From Candidatus Altimarinota bacterium (GTDB lineage: Bacteria; Patescibacteriota; Gracilibacteria; UBA1369), in the NCBI GenBank assembly GCA_963677745.1, contig OY782391.1, forward strand, positions 736,001 to 800,000: a stretch of 64,000 bases of DNA, read 5' to 3'. Shown here piece by piece: positions 29,172 to 39,759 of this stretch. A program made the translations under genes and the position numbers. Positions within the stretch are counted from its first letter, which is position 1, and each line of letters begins with the position of its first letter. The notes below the pieces were generated by a model. It searched no databases, was not told the DNA's origin, and saw only the letters and a program-made list of their open reading frames with translations.

Positions 29172-30335
29172 ATGCGCATCGGCATCGATTGCAGAATGTA
29201 TTCCTCGCATTTCACCGGCATCGGCCGCTATGTTTTCGAATTGGTGGAAAATCTGCAGAAGATAGACCATCAAAACGAATATTTTCTTTTTTTCAATCAA
29301 CCGGAATTCAACAATTTTCAGACCGAAAATACCAATTTCCACAAGGAGCTGGTCAATGTTAAGCACTACTCCTTTGGCGAACAGACCAGGTTTAAAAAGA
29401 TCCTGGATCTGTACAATCTGGACCTGATGCATTTCACCCATTTCAACGCGCCGATTTTGTATAACCGCCCCCGGATTGTGACTATTCACGATCTGACCCT
29501 GCACTTCTACCCCGGGAAAAAAATGACGTCTTTTTTCCATCGCCTGGCCTACGGTTTGACTATCCGTGCTTCCGTGCGCAAAGCCGCGCGGATCATTGCA
29601 GTCTCCCGTTCCACGGCGCGGGATGTGGAGGAAATTTTGCATGTGCCTCTTTCCAAAATCCAGGTGATCTACGAAGGGGTAAATCCCGATTTCAAACCGG
29701 TCACCAATCAAAGTCAGATTGCCCACACCCTGACCAAATACAACATCCACAAGCCCTTTTTGATTTATACCGGAGTCTGGCGCGACCACAAAAATCTCAA
29801 GGGTCTGCTGGAGGCTTTTCAGTTGATCTACAAAAAACATGATTTGCAACTGGTGATTACCGGACGCAAGGAAAATATTTATGCCGATGAGATTTTCACG
29901 CTGGCCAAAGAGATGGGTCTGATGAACGATAATCAGTCGGCCCGCGAAACCCCCCGGGTGATTTTCCCCGGTCTGGTCAATGAAGACGAATTGATCATGC
30001 TGCTCAATGCCGCGCATCTTTATGTGTTTCCTTCCTTTTATGAAGGATTCGGTCTGCCGCCACTGGAGGCCATGCAATGCGGCACGCCGGTGGTAGCGTC
30101 CAATGCTTCCTGCATTCCGGAAATATGCGGGGACAGCGCGGTCTTTTTCGATCCCAATTCCCCCGAAGACATGGCGGCCGCCATCGAAAAACTTTTAACC
30201 GACCAGAAACTTTACCAGCATCTGGTGACTTCCGGTCTGGAACATGTTAAAAAATTCTCCTGGGCCAAGATGGCCAGGGAAATCCACGATTTATATCTAT
30301 ATGTCATTGCCGACAGCCGACAATCAGCGAAGTAA
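29172..30335 (+). CDS. Glycosyltransferase family 4
   Basis: MRIGIDCR..TGIGRY, TIHDL, HKN, FPSFYEGFGLPPLEAM. Confidence 0.93.
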   Translation: MRIGIDCRMYSSHFTGIGRYVFELVENLQKIDHQNEYFLFFNQPEFNNFQTENTNFHKELVNVKHYSFGEQTRFKKILDLYNLDLMHFTHFNAPILYNRPRIVTIHDLTLHFYPGKKMTSFFHRLAYGLTIRASVRKAARIIAVSRSTARDVEEILHVPLSKIQVIYEGVNPDFKPVTNQSQIAHTLTKYNIHKPFLIYTGVWRDHKNLKGLLEAFQLIYKKHDLQLVITGRKENIYADEIFTLAKEMGLMNDNQSARETPRVIFPGLVNEDELIMLLNAAHLYVFPSFYEGFGLPPLEAMQCGTPVVASNASCIPEICGDSAVFFDPNSPEDMAAAIEKLLTDQKLYQHLVTSGLEHVKKFSWAKMAREIHDLYLYVIADSRQSAK

Positions 30336-30678
30336 TCCCTATCAGGACGTATCCCCTCCTCCGCGTTTTGATCCTTCCCGCAGCAGCCAGGGCGATTTTC
30401 AAAGTCTGTTTGAGGTCGCCGCCGCCCGTCTGGGCATGGGCCGCCAGTTCCGCGCCATCAAAATCTGCCATGACGCCGGCCTGATTTTGCAGCGGCTGCT
30501 CCCCGAACACAGCGGGCAGTATCGCATTACCAGCTTCAAGGATGGCGTACTCACCATCACCTCCGGCAACTCCAGTCTTTCCCAGAAAATCCAGATGCAG
30601 GCCCATCTGCTTCAATCTGAATTGAATACAGCTGCGGGCACGCCGGTTATTGACCGCGTAAAGCTGAAAAACGCCTAA
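30301..30678 (+). CDS. DciA/DUF721 family protein
   Basis: ITSFKDGVLTITSGNSSLSQKIQMQ..L..ELN..IDRVK pattern. Start uncertain. Confidence 0.7.
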   Translation: MSLPTADNQRSNPYQDVSPPPRFDPSRSSQGDFQSLFEVAAARLGMGRQFRAIKICHDAGLILQRLLPEHSGQYRITSFKDGVLTITSGNSSLSQKIQMQAHLLQSELNTAAGTPVIDRVKLKNA

Positions 30679-30777
30679 AACTAATGCCCGGCCAGTTTCC
30701 CCAACATTTTCTTGACTTTAATTTCGGCCGACCCTACACTTAGGCAGCTTTTAGATATTCCTTTAACCAGAAAACTC

Positions 30778-31185
30778 GTGTTAGTAATCAGACTCACTCG
30801 CACCGGAAAGACTTCCCAGGAAAGTTTCAGGATGGTGGTAGCCGAAGGTTCCAAAGCTGTTAAGAGACAGTATGTTGAACTTGTCGGTCACTATGTCCCG
30901 ACAACCAATCCTAAAGTCTTAAAATTCAATAAGGATCGAATCCTCTATTGGATTTCCAAAGGTGCTCAACCGTCGGAAAGTGTTGCTTCGCTGCTCAAAG
31001 GCGAAGGCGTTCCGGGTATGGAAAAATACATTAAGTTCACGTCCGACAAAAAAGGCAAAAAGAAGAAGGGCGGCGACAAACAGGCAGCTCCCGCTGCAGC
31101 AGCTCCGGCCAAACCGGCCGCTCCTGCTGCCAAGGAAGAGTCTCCTGCTCCGGAAGCTCCGGCAGATGCTCCTGCAGCTTCCTGA
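30778..31185 (+). CDS. rpsP: 30S ribosomal protein S16 with an Ala/Pro tail
   Basis: GTG start, (M)LVIRLTRTGK..FRMVVAE..VGHY.P..YWISKGAQPSESV. Confidence 0.95.
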   Translation: MLVIRLTRTGKTSQESFRMVVAEGSKAVKRQYVELVGHYVPTTNPKVLKFNKDRILYWISKGAQPSESVASLLKGEGVPGMEKYIKFTSDKKGKKKKGGDKQAAPAAAAPAKPAAPAAKEESPAPEAPADAPAAS

Positions 31186-31241
31186 TCAAAGTTTCAAATT
31201 AGCAGTAGTCGTATATCTTTAAAAATCTAACCACTACAATC

Positions 31242-31553
31242 ATGACAACCATGCAAGATCAAGATTTTGTTGAATACATAGTTAAGCAAATTGTCGATAA
31301 CCCTGACCAGGTTTCCGTCGAGAGAAGCGTAGATGAGATGGGAGTTTTAATCACCCTCAAAGTCGCCAAGGAAGATATGGGAAAAGTGATTGGAAAGAGC
31401 GGCCAGACAGCCAAATCAATCAGAATCCTGCTCCGTGTTATCGGTTCCAAGAACAATGCCCGCGTTAACCTGAAGATTGTTGAACCGGATGGTTCCACGG
31501 CTCCCGGCAGCAGCGGTTCCAGCGCCAACATCGACGACAGCCTCGGCATCTAA
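31242..31553 (+). CDS. khpA: KH-domain RNA-binding protein
   Basis: IVDNPDQVSV...DMGKVIGKSGQTAKSIR, in its conserved position after rpsP. Confidence 0.92.
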   Translation: MTTMQDQDFVEYIVKQIVDNPDQVSVERSVDEMGVLITLKVAKEDMGKVIGKSGQTAKSIRILLRVIGSKNNARVNLKIVEPDGSTAPGSSGSSANIDDSLGI

Positions 31554-31595
31554 TCCTCTCCTGATTACGACCAGAGGAAAATGAAAAAACACTTT

Positions 31596-31627
31596 AAAAG
31601 GGCGGCCCGCACGGGCCGCCCTTTTTT
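31596..31627 (+). terminator. Intrinsic (possibly bidirectional) terminator
   Basis: aaaagggcggcccg-ca-cgggccgcccttttt. Confidence 0.85.
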
Positions 31628-31957
31628 GTCCCCTTTTTTTAAACCAGACCAACAGGATTGGCAAAGTGGGTCGGGGAAGAGAGATTTCTGAGATGGCTGC
31701 GGTCAACTGAAAATACAATACCTAGTTGGACAGGGGGTGTTGATGAAATAATTACGAAAAAAATTAAGAATTATCCGCAGTTTGAGCGTCAAGAAATTTC
31801 GATTAAGCAATTGAAATTTTAGCGAAAACAAGGAATATAATTCTAATTTTTGAAGTACCTTATTGAAGAGACATCCCCTGTCCTTACATTTAATTTGCCA
31901 ATCTCCTACTTTCCTTGTAACCTATTACCCGTAAAATACTTCTTTAAAGAGCACTTT

Positions 31958-32335
31958 ATGGCAAGCAGTGGCACAATCATCAGCGATGTTTCCAATTACA
32001 ACATTCCCGACGTAATCAACAAGGGGTTGGCCTACGCTATCCTGCTCGCAGGTATTTTATCGGTTGTTTTCATCATCGTCGGAGGTTTTTCTTTCATTCT
32101 TTCCGGAGGCAACGAAGAAAAAATCAAACAGGCGGTCGGTACGATCAGATATGCCATTATCGGCTTGATTATAACGATTTTGTCAGTTGTGATTGTTCAG
32201 GCGGTCGGCCAGTTTATAGGACTGAATGTGGTTAAATATCTGGATCTTGGCGAAATCTACCGCAATGTCCAGAGTCTCGGCGAAGCCTTCCAAAGCAGTG
32301 GTGGCAGCTCCGGAGGCACGGTCTCCCTGGATTAA
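31958..32335 (+). CDS. CPR-type pilin (TrbC/VirB2-like)
   Basis: ILSVVFIIVGGFSFILSGGNEEKIKQAVGTIRYAIIGLII two-helix motif. Confidence 0.85.
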   Translation: MASSGTIISDVSNYNIPDVINKGLAYAILLAGILSVVFIIVGGFSFILSGGNEEKIKQAVGTIRYAIIGLIITILSVVIVQAVGQFIGLNVVKYLDLGEIYRNVQSLGEAFQSSGGSSGGTVSLD

Positions 32336-32341
32336 ACCGTT

Positions 32342-33187
32342 TTATTTGGTCAGCAATATCAATACCAGAATCAGCAGAAACCCAATAAAAAGTTTCTGCT
32401 TTTTGTGATCCTCTTTGAAATACAGCAGTCCCGACAGGGATGACCACAGTATGCCGCTGGCTCTGCGCGCGGTCAGAATGACCGAAGGGGCGGCAAAGAC
32501 ATAGGCATAGGAAGATAACATTCCCCCAAATGCCATGCTCAGGGCCTGTACCATTGAGACCGGTTTGAAAAGAAATTTGGAAAGTTTCTCCCTGGTTTTA
32601 AACCTCAAAATAAGCAGCAAAAACAGTGTCAAAATCGCATAAATGATCAGTTGTTCAGCCGCCACCGAATTAAAATTGGTTATGTCGTATTTATAAATGG
32701 TAATGGCCAGCACGGGATTGATTGAGGAAAAAATCAGCAGAGCCAAACCTTTTTTACTCGTTACGTTTTTGGAAAAACTGTAAAGAATAATGCCGCACAA
32801 AAGCAGCATGGCAATGATTTGAATCGGGTCGATCAGATAGCCGATGCTGATGTCGATCAACAAAAGCAGCGGGACTGTCAGAATTTTAACAAATGAAAAA
32901 GCTGTTCTCTCGGCTATTTCAATTGCCTTCAGCGTAAAGTATACCTGGGCCATATCCAGCACCGCCCGCATTCCCAGAAAGGGCACACTGGCCCAGTTGA
33001 ATCGGAATTGCTCAAATCCCAGCAGAACTATCAGCAGCATTAAAATCATCGTGCTGAAATGTTGCAGAAATCCCATCATGAAAATGCTTTCGTGGCCTTC
33101 CTGTGTTTCTTTTTTACCGACGCTGCAGGAAATCTCCTCGAAGAGGTTGGCGATGCTTTCCAGAAATATTCCCAGGGCTGCGCCCAT
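32342..33187 (-). CDS. EamA/DMT-like multi-pass membrane protein
   Basis: About 10 TM segments in a two-repeat layout, with ...GLLYFKE.. near the C-terminus. Confidence 0.65.
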   Translation of the reverse strand: MGAALGIFLESIANLFEEISCSVGKKETQEGHESIFMMGFLQHFSTMILMLLIVLLGFEQFRFNWASVPFLGMRAVLDMAQVYFTLKAIEIAERTAFSFVKILTVPLLLLIDISIGYLIDPIQIIAMLLLCGIILYSFSKNVTSKKGLALLIFSSINPVLAITIYKYDITNFNSVAAEQLIIYAILTLFLLLILRFKTREKLSKFLFKPVSMVQALSMAFGGMLSSYAYVFAAPSVILTARRASGILWSSLSGLLYFKEDHKKQKLFIGFLLILVLILLTK

Positions 33188-33192
33188 GATAA

Positions 33193-33936
33193 TTATCTAA
33201 AAAGTTTTCTCACGATGTGCTGCCAGTCATAGGGGAATTTGAATGTTTCCAGGGCTCTGACCATGGCTGCAAAAACGCTCCACAGGTCGTGTTTGTCGAA
33301 TAAAAAGGCGTTTCCGGTCTCTTCATTGGGTTTATAATTTTCCAGCAGCACCGAAGTTTCTTCGGCCACAATTACCACACCGTAATTCATCAGAAGCTTG
33401 ATCAAATCTTCCTGATGATGGAATATCACGGCAATATCCGCGGCCAGCAGCAGCCGGTCGATTTCCTTTTCTTCCCTGCCCCGTCCGCTGTCATCCTGTT
33501 GGGGGTTATACCAGATGATCTGGCCGGCCTTGTGATTGGCCAGCTCCGAAAGATTATTCAAATCCGAAGGTTGCTGTGTATCTACCACCACTACCTTGAC
33601 GTTCAAAACAAGCAGACCATCCAGCAAGCTGAAAAGTTTTTCGCGAGGAAAAAGTTCTCTTTCTCCGTTCAGTTCGGTGGCGAATACCATTACCAGAGCG
33701 GTTTTCAGGTCTTCTTTGCTTTCACATTTTCCCTTTTTATCAAAATGACAGAGTATCTCCTGTTTGGCCTCTTTTTTTGCCTGCATCAGCATTGACAGCA
33801 TTTTCTGGCCGTGGGCGGTGCTTTCCTCCTCCATCATGTCCAGATAAACCTGGCCCTTGGAAAAGGCTTCCAGATCGGTCTTTTTGACAGTTTTTTTGAG
33901 GAGTTTTTTACCGGTGATGTTTTTGGACTTGGGCAT
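33193..33936 (-). CDS. Degenerate glycogen-synthase C-terminal (GT-B) domain protein
   Basis: LLAADI..., MNYGVV, NYKPNEETGNAFLF..WSVFAAMVRALETFKFPYDW. No EPxG catalytic motif. Confidence 0.65.
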   Translation of the reverse strand: MPKSKNITGKKLLKKTVKKTDLEAFSKGQVYLDMMEEESTAHGQKMLSMLMQAKKEAKQEILCHFDKKGKCESKEDLKTALVMVFATELNGERELFPREKLFSLLDGLLVLNVKVVVVDTQQPSDLNNLSELANHKAGQIIWYNPQQDDSGRGREEKEIDRLLLAADIAVIFHHQEDLIKLLMNYGVVIVAEETSVLLENYKPNEETGNAFLFDKHDLWSVFAAMVRALETFKFPYDWQHIVRKLFR

Positions 33937-34042
33937 GGTTGGTGACTATTGTTTAAAACGGTTGGATTCTGTAAATTGCTTTTGAAATTGATTGATCTCT
34001 ACATTTTAGCAAATTTTTCGTTTTCCATAAAGCCCCCGGCCC

Positions 34043-34960
34043 ATGAAAAAACTACTTCTGATTGACGGAAATGCGATTTTCCATCGCGCATTCCATGCCC
34101 TTCCTCTTCTTACCGATGCCCAGGGGCGTGTTACCAACGCGGTTTATGGTTTTACCAGAATGCTTTTTGAGATAATAAAAAAGGAAAAACCGGACTATTT
34201 GGCCATTGCTTTCGACCATAAGGACAAAACCTTTCGTCATCATGAATTTACGGAATACAAGGCTACCCGGGCCGCCCCTCCCCCGGAACTTTACCCGCAG
34301 CTGCCGCTGCTGATGGAGCTGCTGGAAATTTTTGATATTCCCGTTTTCCAGAAATCCGGATTCGAAGCTGATGACATTATCGGGACTCTGGCTACCCAGG
34401 GCGAACAGCAACCGGAATTGAATACTCTGATTCTGACCGGCGACAAGGACGCTTTTCAGCTGGTTTCACCGCATGTCAGCGTGATCGTTCCTATCAAGGG
34501 GATGAGTGAGACAGCTACTTTCGACCCCTCCGCCGTGCAAAATAAAATGGGCCTCAAGCCCGAGCAAATCGTCGACTACAAAGCCCTCCGGGGCGATGCC
34601 TCCGACAATATTCCCGGCGTCAAAGGAATCGGTGAAAAACAGGCGGTGGAGATGCTGCAAAAATACGACAACCTCGACAATCTTTACCGGCACCTTGATG
34701 AACTGAAGCCGGCCCAACGGCAGAAACTGCAGGAGAAAAAAGAGACCGCCTACCTCAGCCGGAAAATGGCCACGATTATCCGTGATATGCCGATTCATCT
34801 CGATCTGGAAGCCTGCCGGTTACACACCCTGCCTCTGGAAAAAGCCCGGGAAGCGCTGACGACACTGGGTTTTAAGACTCTGCTCAAAAATCTGAATGAG
34901 CTGTCTTTGCTTTTTGAAGCCAGACAACATCAGGAAAGACAGCCAAGCTTATTCGAATAA
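34043..34960 (+). CDS. Stand-alone 5'-3' exonuclease/flap endonuclease (PolA N-terminal-like)
   Basis: LLIDGN..RAFHA, TNAVYGF, YKATR, EADDIIGT, TGDKD, GDASDNIPGVKGIGEK. Ends at 305 aa with no polymerase domain. Confidence 0.92.
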   Translation: MKKLLLIDGNAIFHRAFHALPLLTDAQGRVTNAVYGFTRMLFEIIKKEKPDYLAIAFDHKDKTFRHHEFTEYKATRAAPPPELYPQLPLLMELLEIFDIPVFQKSGFEADDIIGTLATQGEQQPELNTLILTGDKDAFQLVSPHVSVIVPIKGMSETATFDPSAVQNKMGLKPEQIVDYKALRGDASDNIPGVKGIGEKQAVEMLQKYDNLDNLYRHLDELKPAQRQKLQEKKETAYLSRKMATIIRDMPIHLDLEACRLHTLPLEKAREALTTLGFKTLLKNLNELSLLFEARQHQERQPSLFE

Positions 34961-35028
34961 AAGTTGTTTTTTAGTAGACTTTACTATATATTTTCTGGCG
35001 GACTACAAGCGAATTTTCATTTTATCAA

Positions 35029-36267
35029 ATGGCAAAAGTAAGAGTAATCGCCAGTCTCGACATTGGTAGCTCCAAAATTCGTACCGTTGTTGGTACCCTG
35101 GAGGAAGGATCACAGGTGCCAAATATCATTGGGGTGGGCATTGCTCCCTCCACCGGTATGCGTAAAGGAGCCATTATCGATGTGGAAGAGACTATCAATT
35201 CTATTTCCTCCTCACTGGAGGATGCTGAAAGAATGGCTGGAGAACCTATCAACCACGTATTTCTGGGTATTGGCGGCAATAACATCGAATCGATCAATTC
35301 CAAAGGTGTAATAGCTGTATCCCATGCCGGCAACGAAATCACCGAGGATGACGTGGACCGGGTTCTGGAAGCCGCCCAGGCTGTTTCCATCCCCTCCAAC
35401 CGCCGCATTCTGCGCATCATTCCCAAATCGTTTACGGTTGATGAACAAAAGGGCATTAAATATCCGGTGGGCATGACGGGTATCCGTCTGGAAGTGGAAG
35501 CCCATATTATTACCGGACTGGTTCCCGCCATCAAGAATGTCGAAAAATGTGTTCTGCAGGCCGGCGTGGACATCGATGATATTATCCCTTCCTGTCTGGC
35601 TTCCGCTGAAGCGGTCTTGTCCAAGAGACAAAAAGAGCTGGGCGTGGTGGTGGTGGACATCGGTTCCGGCGGAACTTCCGTCAGTGTTTTTGAAGAAGGC
35701 ACCACCCTGCATACAGGAGTGATTCCGGTGGGCGGGGAAAATGTCACCAATGACATCGCTATCGGACTGCGGACTTCCATCGACACCGCTGAAAAAATCA
35801 AGATTGAATACGGCACCTGTTCACCTCTGGACGTTAACGAGCGCGAAATTATTGATCTCTCCCTGATCAGCAAGATCGACACGCAGAAAGTGGCCAAGAG
35901 GCATATGGCTGAAATTATTGAAGCCCGTTATCATGAGATCTTTTTGCTGGTTCGAGATGAGCTGGCCCGCATCAACCGTGACGGCATGTTGCCGGCCGGA
36001 GCCATCCTTACCGGCGCTTCCGTGAAAATCCCCGGAATTCTGGATCTGGCCAGAGAAACTTTGAATCTGCCGGTACAGATAGGATTCCCCCAGAACTTCG
36101 ACGGCGTGGTTGATAAAATCGACGATCCGGCGTATGCTACCGCCATCGGTTTAATACTGTGGGGCTCCAGACTGGAACACCGTTCTTACGGTTTCAATCT
36201 CAAGGGAATAAATATCAAAAAATCACTGGGCGGCGTCAAGGATTGGTTTAAGAGTTTGTTTCCTTGA
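35029..36267 (+). CDS. ftsA: Cell division protein FtsA
   Basis: LDIGSSK, GMRKG, VDIGSGGT, GGENVTNDIA, LTGA. Adjacent to ftsZ. Confidence 0.97.
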   Translation: MAKVRVIASLDIGSSKIRTVVGTLEEGSQVPNIIGVGIAPSTGMRKGAIIDVEETINSISSSLEDAERMAGEPINHVFLGIGGNNIESINSKGVIAVSHAGNEITEDDVDRVLEAAQAVSIPSNRRILRIIPKSFTVDEQKGIKYPVGMTGIRLEVEAHIITGLVPAIKNVEKCVLQAGVDIDDIIPSCLASAEAVLSKRQKELGVVVVDIGSGGTSVSVFEEGTTLHTGVIPVGGENVTNDIAIGLRTSIDTAEKIKIEYGTCSPLDVNEREIIDLSLISKIDTQKVAKRHMAEIIEARYHEIFLLVRDELARINRDGMLPAGAILTGASVKIPGILDLARETLNLPVQIGFPQNFDGVVDKIDDPAYATAIGLILWGSRLEHRSYGFNLKGINIKKSLGGVKDWFKSLFP

Positions 36268-36443
36268 TTGATTTGAGAAAAAAGCCCTGAAAGCCCCGTC
36301 TGTGAATTAGAAAATACTATTGACACATAATCAAATTAACGGTAATAATTATCCCCTCCTTGTAAAAAGGAGCAAGGTATAGCCACAGGTTAAAAATAAC
36401 ATTAACAATATACCGTCCAAGTAATAATATAGCACCACAAACT

Positions 36444-37664
36444 ATGGCAATCAGCAATCACCAAAAAGACTCTCTCCGAAACCTCTTTTCCGGTTCCAGT
36501 TCATTGGGAAAAAAGACCATGGAAGTAGTCCCGGAAGGGGTTACACCGGTTGCCCGTATTAAAGTGGTCGGAGTCGGAGGTGGTGGAAACAATGCTCTGG
36601 AAAGAATGATTAAATCCAACCTCAACGGTATTGAATATATTGCTGTAAACACCGATGCTCAGGCTCTGCATCATTCCAACGCCAATTTCAAAATCAACAT
36701 CGGCAAGGCCACCACGCGTGGTCTGGGAGCCGGTGCCAATCCGGATATCGGCCGTCAGGCCGCTGAGGAAAGTGCCGAGGAACTGCGCGAGGCGTTGATG
36801 GGTACCGACATGGTTTTCATCACTGCCGGAATGGGAGGTGGAACCGGTACAGGTGGTTCTCCGGTTATTGCCGAAATTGCCAAAGAACTGGGTATTCTGA
36901 CTGTAGCCGTGGTTACCAAGCCCTTCTCCTTTGAAGGCAACCGCCGCAGACAACAGGCCGAAGACGGTCTGGAAAATCTGCGCAATAAGGTTGATACGCT
37001 CATTACTATTCCAAACGACAAAATCCTTTCCATTATTGATAAAAAGACTCCTATTACCGAGGCCTTTACCGTGGTTGACGATGTTCTCCGCCAGGGCGTA
37101 CAGGGTATCGCCGACCTGATCACCGTACACGGCATGATCAACGTGGACTTTGCCGATGTTAAGACTGTCATGGAAAATTCCGGTTCCGCTTTGATGGGTA
37201 TCGGCTATGGTACCGGTGAAAACCGTTCCATTGATGCCGCCAAGGCCGCCATTGAATCTCCTCTGCTGGAGCTCTCCATCGACGGTGCCAAAGGCGTGCT
37301 GTTCAACATTACCGGTGGTAACGATCTGAGCATGTTTGAGGTTGATGAAGCTGCCAGAATCATTACCGAAGCCGCCGATCCGGATGCCAATATCATCTTC
37401 GGTGCGGTTATCAACGACTCTTACACCGGCGAAATCAAGATCACCGTGGTTGCCACGGGCTTTGATGACAGCCCCCGCGAAAAACCGACTATCCTGCGCC
37501 AGCACATGCCTTTGACCAGCGGTATCAGAAGCTCCAGCGTCAATACTTCCGAGGCTATTGCGGCTACCCGCAATACCGACGGCAGCGGCAATGTCAGTGC
37601 CACCAAGAGTATTGAAAGCGAACTGGATGTTCCCGCTTTCATCCGCCGCAAGATGGACAGATAA
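36444..37664 (+). CDS. ftsZ: Cell division protein FtsZ
   Basis: [26 protein letters not shown]-terminal LDVPAFIRR. Confidence 0.98.
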   Translation: MAISNHQKDSLRNLFSGSSSLGKKTMEVVPEGVTPVARIKVVGVGGGGNNALERMIKSNLNGIEYIAVNTDAQALHHSNANFKINIGKATTRGLGAGANPDIGRQAAEESAEELREALMGTDMVFITAGMGGGTGTGGSPVIAEIAKELGILTVAVVTKPFSFEGNRRRQQAEDGLENLRNKVDTLITIPNDKILSIIDKKTPITEAFTVVDDVLRQGVQGIADLITVHGMINVDFADVKTVMENSGSALMGIGYGTGENRSIDAAKAAIESPLLELSIDGAKGVLFNITGGNDLSMFEVDEAARIITEAADPDANIIFGAVINDSYTGEIKITVVATGFDDSPREKPTILRQHMPLTSGIRSSSVNTSEAIAATRNTDGSGNVSATKSIESELDVPAFIRRKMDR

Positions 37665-37709
37665 GCAGTTACCCTGCTTTTCTCCGTGCCATTGTCTATC
37701 TGGAATTAT

Positions 37710-38579
37710 TTATCTCCCGGTTTTGTTGTGCGTGGTCAGCAGGGCGGTCATGATCAATCCCCGCGTTGCTTCGCCCAGGTCGGTTCCTTCCGGCAGCAGA
37801 CTTTGAGGACTGCGGCCTTCGGTATCACCGGTCAGTATCGGCAAAACGAGCTTCAGTCCGGTGCGCACCGAGACGGGTGGCAGGCTGTCTGTAGTTTGAA
37901 TGTTTTTTCTCACAAAGGCTAATAGCTGCTCCTTGAATAGCCACAATTTTATGTCATCAATCACTATATCCCGGCCATCAATCCGGTGTTTTTCCGGATG
38001 CCCGGCGGTCGGGGAAGTGACAGCGGCATTTTCCAATAAGGGCAGCGCTTCAGCAAAATCGGGTTCCCTCGATTTTGACAGGTCATTGCTCACGCCAAAA
38101 GTTTTCTCCAGATAGGCGGTCACAACTTCCAGCAGATTTAACGATTTTAACAGTAACTTATGCGGTTCTTTCGACAAATGCTGATCAGGGAAAATCGGAG
38201 GTTTTACATTTTCCAGCACCCTCAGCACATCGGTGTGTTTTTCATCCGGACTGGAGTTAATGTCCAGGGAATAGGCGGTGATTTCCAGATCACCGGACTG
38301 CCTGTTGATTCTGAGCACAGGCAAAAGAGCAATCGAAGGGGGCACCGAAACTGCAATTGAGGAAACCCTGCCCTGTCTGATTTTTTCGGCTATCAGCATC
38401 ATAATTTCACGGCAATCCTGCACGAATTCGTCCGTACTCTCCTGTGTCGCCACCAACAGGAGCTGCATCAATTCCAAATCAGCTTTTTCCTCCTGTGAGG
38501 TAGATCTGTCCGCAACTTTGTCCTCCACTGCACCGTCGCCGCCAGAAATCTCTTCTGCCCCTCCTTTTTGCATGGACAT
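37710..38579 (-). CDS. Hypothetical protein
   Basis: 289-aa ORF with an acidic, disordered N-terminus. Confidence 0.65.
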   Translation of the reverse strand: MSMQKGGAEEISGGDGAVEDKVADRSTSQEEKADLELMQLLLVATQESTDEFVQDCREIMMLIAEKIRQGRVSSIAVSVPPSIALLPVLRINRQSGDLEITAYSLDINSSPDEKHTDVLRVLENVKPPIFPDQHLSKEPHKLLLKSLNLLEVVTAYLEKTFGVSNDLSKSREPDFAEALPLLENAAVTSPTAGHPEKHRIDGRDIVIDDIKLWLFKEQLLAFVRKNIQTTDSLPPVSVRTGLKLVLPILTGDTEGRSPQSLLPEGTDLGEATRGLIMTALLTTHNKTGR

Positions 38580-38657
38580 AAGCCAAAATTAGGTTAATCA
38601 AATTATTCACATTCCTCAAAAAAGTTTACACCCCCCTCCCTAAAACACAACATAAAC

Positions 38658-39638
38658 TCAGGATGGGGCAAATTCGTCATGCAGAAAACCGTGCTCGCCC
38701 ACCAATGCCACTTCCCTTTCCATTTTTATCCGGAACTTTTCCCATACTGTTTTTTGGATTTCCCGGCTCAACTTGATAATGTCTTGTTGTGTTGCAGTTC
38801 CGTCGCTCATCAAAAAATTGGCGTGCTGTTCACTGATATACGCGCCACCCAGATGTTTGCCTTTAAATCCTGATTGTTCGATCAGCTGCCCGGCCGATTG
38901 CCCCACACCGATCGAATTGCGGCAGGGATTTTTGAAAAAAGATCCTGCCGATGGCCCATGGGGATGTTTTCCCAGTCGTGAAGTGATTATTGCTTTAGCT
39001 TCTTCCAGAGCGGCCTGGCCATCACCGGGAATCAGTCTCAGCCAGACTTTCAGGACAATCTCATTGTTGGTTTTGAATTTGGAATGTCTGTAGGAAAATC
39101 CGGCATAATCCGGGCCCACCTCTTTAATTTCTCCGCTTTCCGGATCCAGGACCAGGGCTTTCTCAAAAAGATGTTTGATTTCCAGTCCGTAAGCACCCGC
39201 ATTGCCCCTCACCGCTCCGCCGATTGAGCCCGGAATTCCCATCATTTTCTGCATACCGGTAAGATTGTGTTTCAGGGCATACTGAATGATCTGTGAAAGC
39301 AGGGTTCCGCTGTCGGCTTCCAGCAATTGGCCTGCCGGGCGGTAATTGTCATCGCCTTCCCCGCCGACTGCCTCAGCCGGCTCGCCGAGCGTTATTTTGC
39401 GGGCGAGATTGCGTATCACCAGCCCCCGGAAACCCTTTTCCGAAAACACAACATTACTGCCCCAGGCCAATAGAATAAAAGGCAGTTTGTCCTTGCGACA
39501 GCCCTCAATCACGGTTGGAATAGTCATAATGTCACGGGCCTCATAAAAATAGTCGGCCGGCCCGCCGATCTGAAAAGTAGTGAACTGGGATAAAGGCACA
39601 TTTTTCTGTATTCCCTCAATTTTTTCCAAAAAGGACAT
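38658..39638 (-). CDS. murB: UDP-N-acetylmuramate dehydrogenase
   Basis: TTFQIGGPAD, GSNV, GIPGSIGGAVRGNAGAYG, FSYRHS, SAGSFFKNP, HANF, EREV. Confidence 0.95.
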   Translation of the reverse strand: MSFLEKIEGIQKNVPLSQFTTFQIGGPADYFYEARDIMTIPTVIEGCRKDKLPFILLAWGSNVVFSEKGFRGLVIRNLARKITLGEPAEAVGGEGDDNYRPAGQLLEADSGTLLSQIIQYALKHNLTGMQKMMGIPGSIGGAVRGNAGAYGLEIKHLFEKALVLDPESGEIKEVGPDYAGFSYRHSKFKTNNEIVLKVWLRLIPGDGQAALEEAKAIITSRLGKHPHGPSAGSFFKNPCRNSIGVGQSAGQLIEQSGFKGKHLGGAYISEQHANFLMSDGTATQQDIIKLSREIQKTVWEKFRIKMEREVALVGEHGFLHDEFAPS

Positions 39639-39759
39639 AACAAAAAAATCAAAATTATTAACGCGCCGACAGGTTACACCAAAATAAAAAATTTTCCAAC
39701 AAAGGGGTGGGTTGGCCGGCCGCGGAGCTCTCAAAGCGCCCGCAACCGGCCAAAACCTC

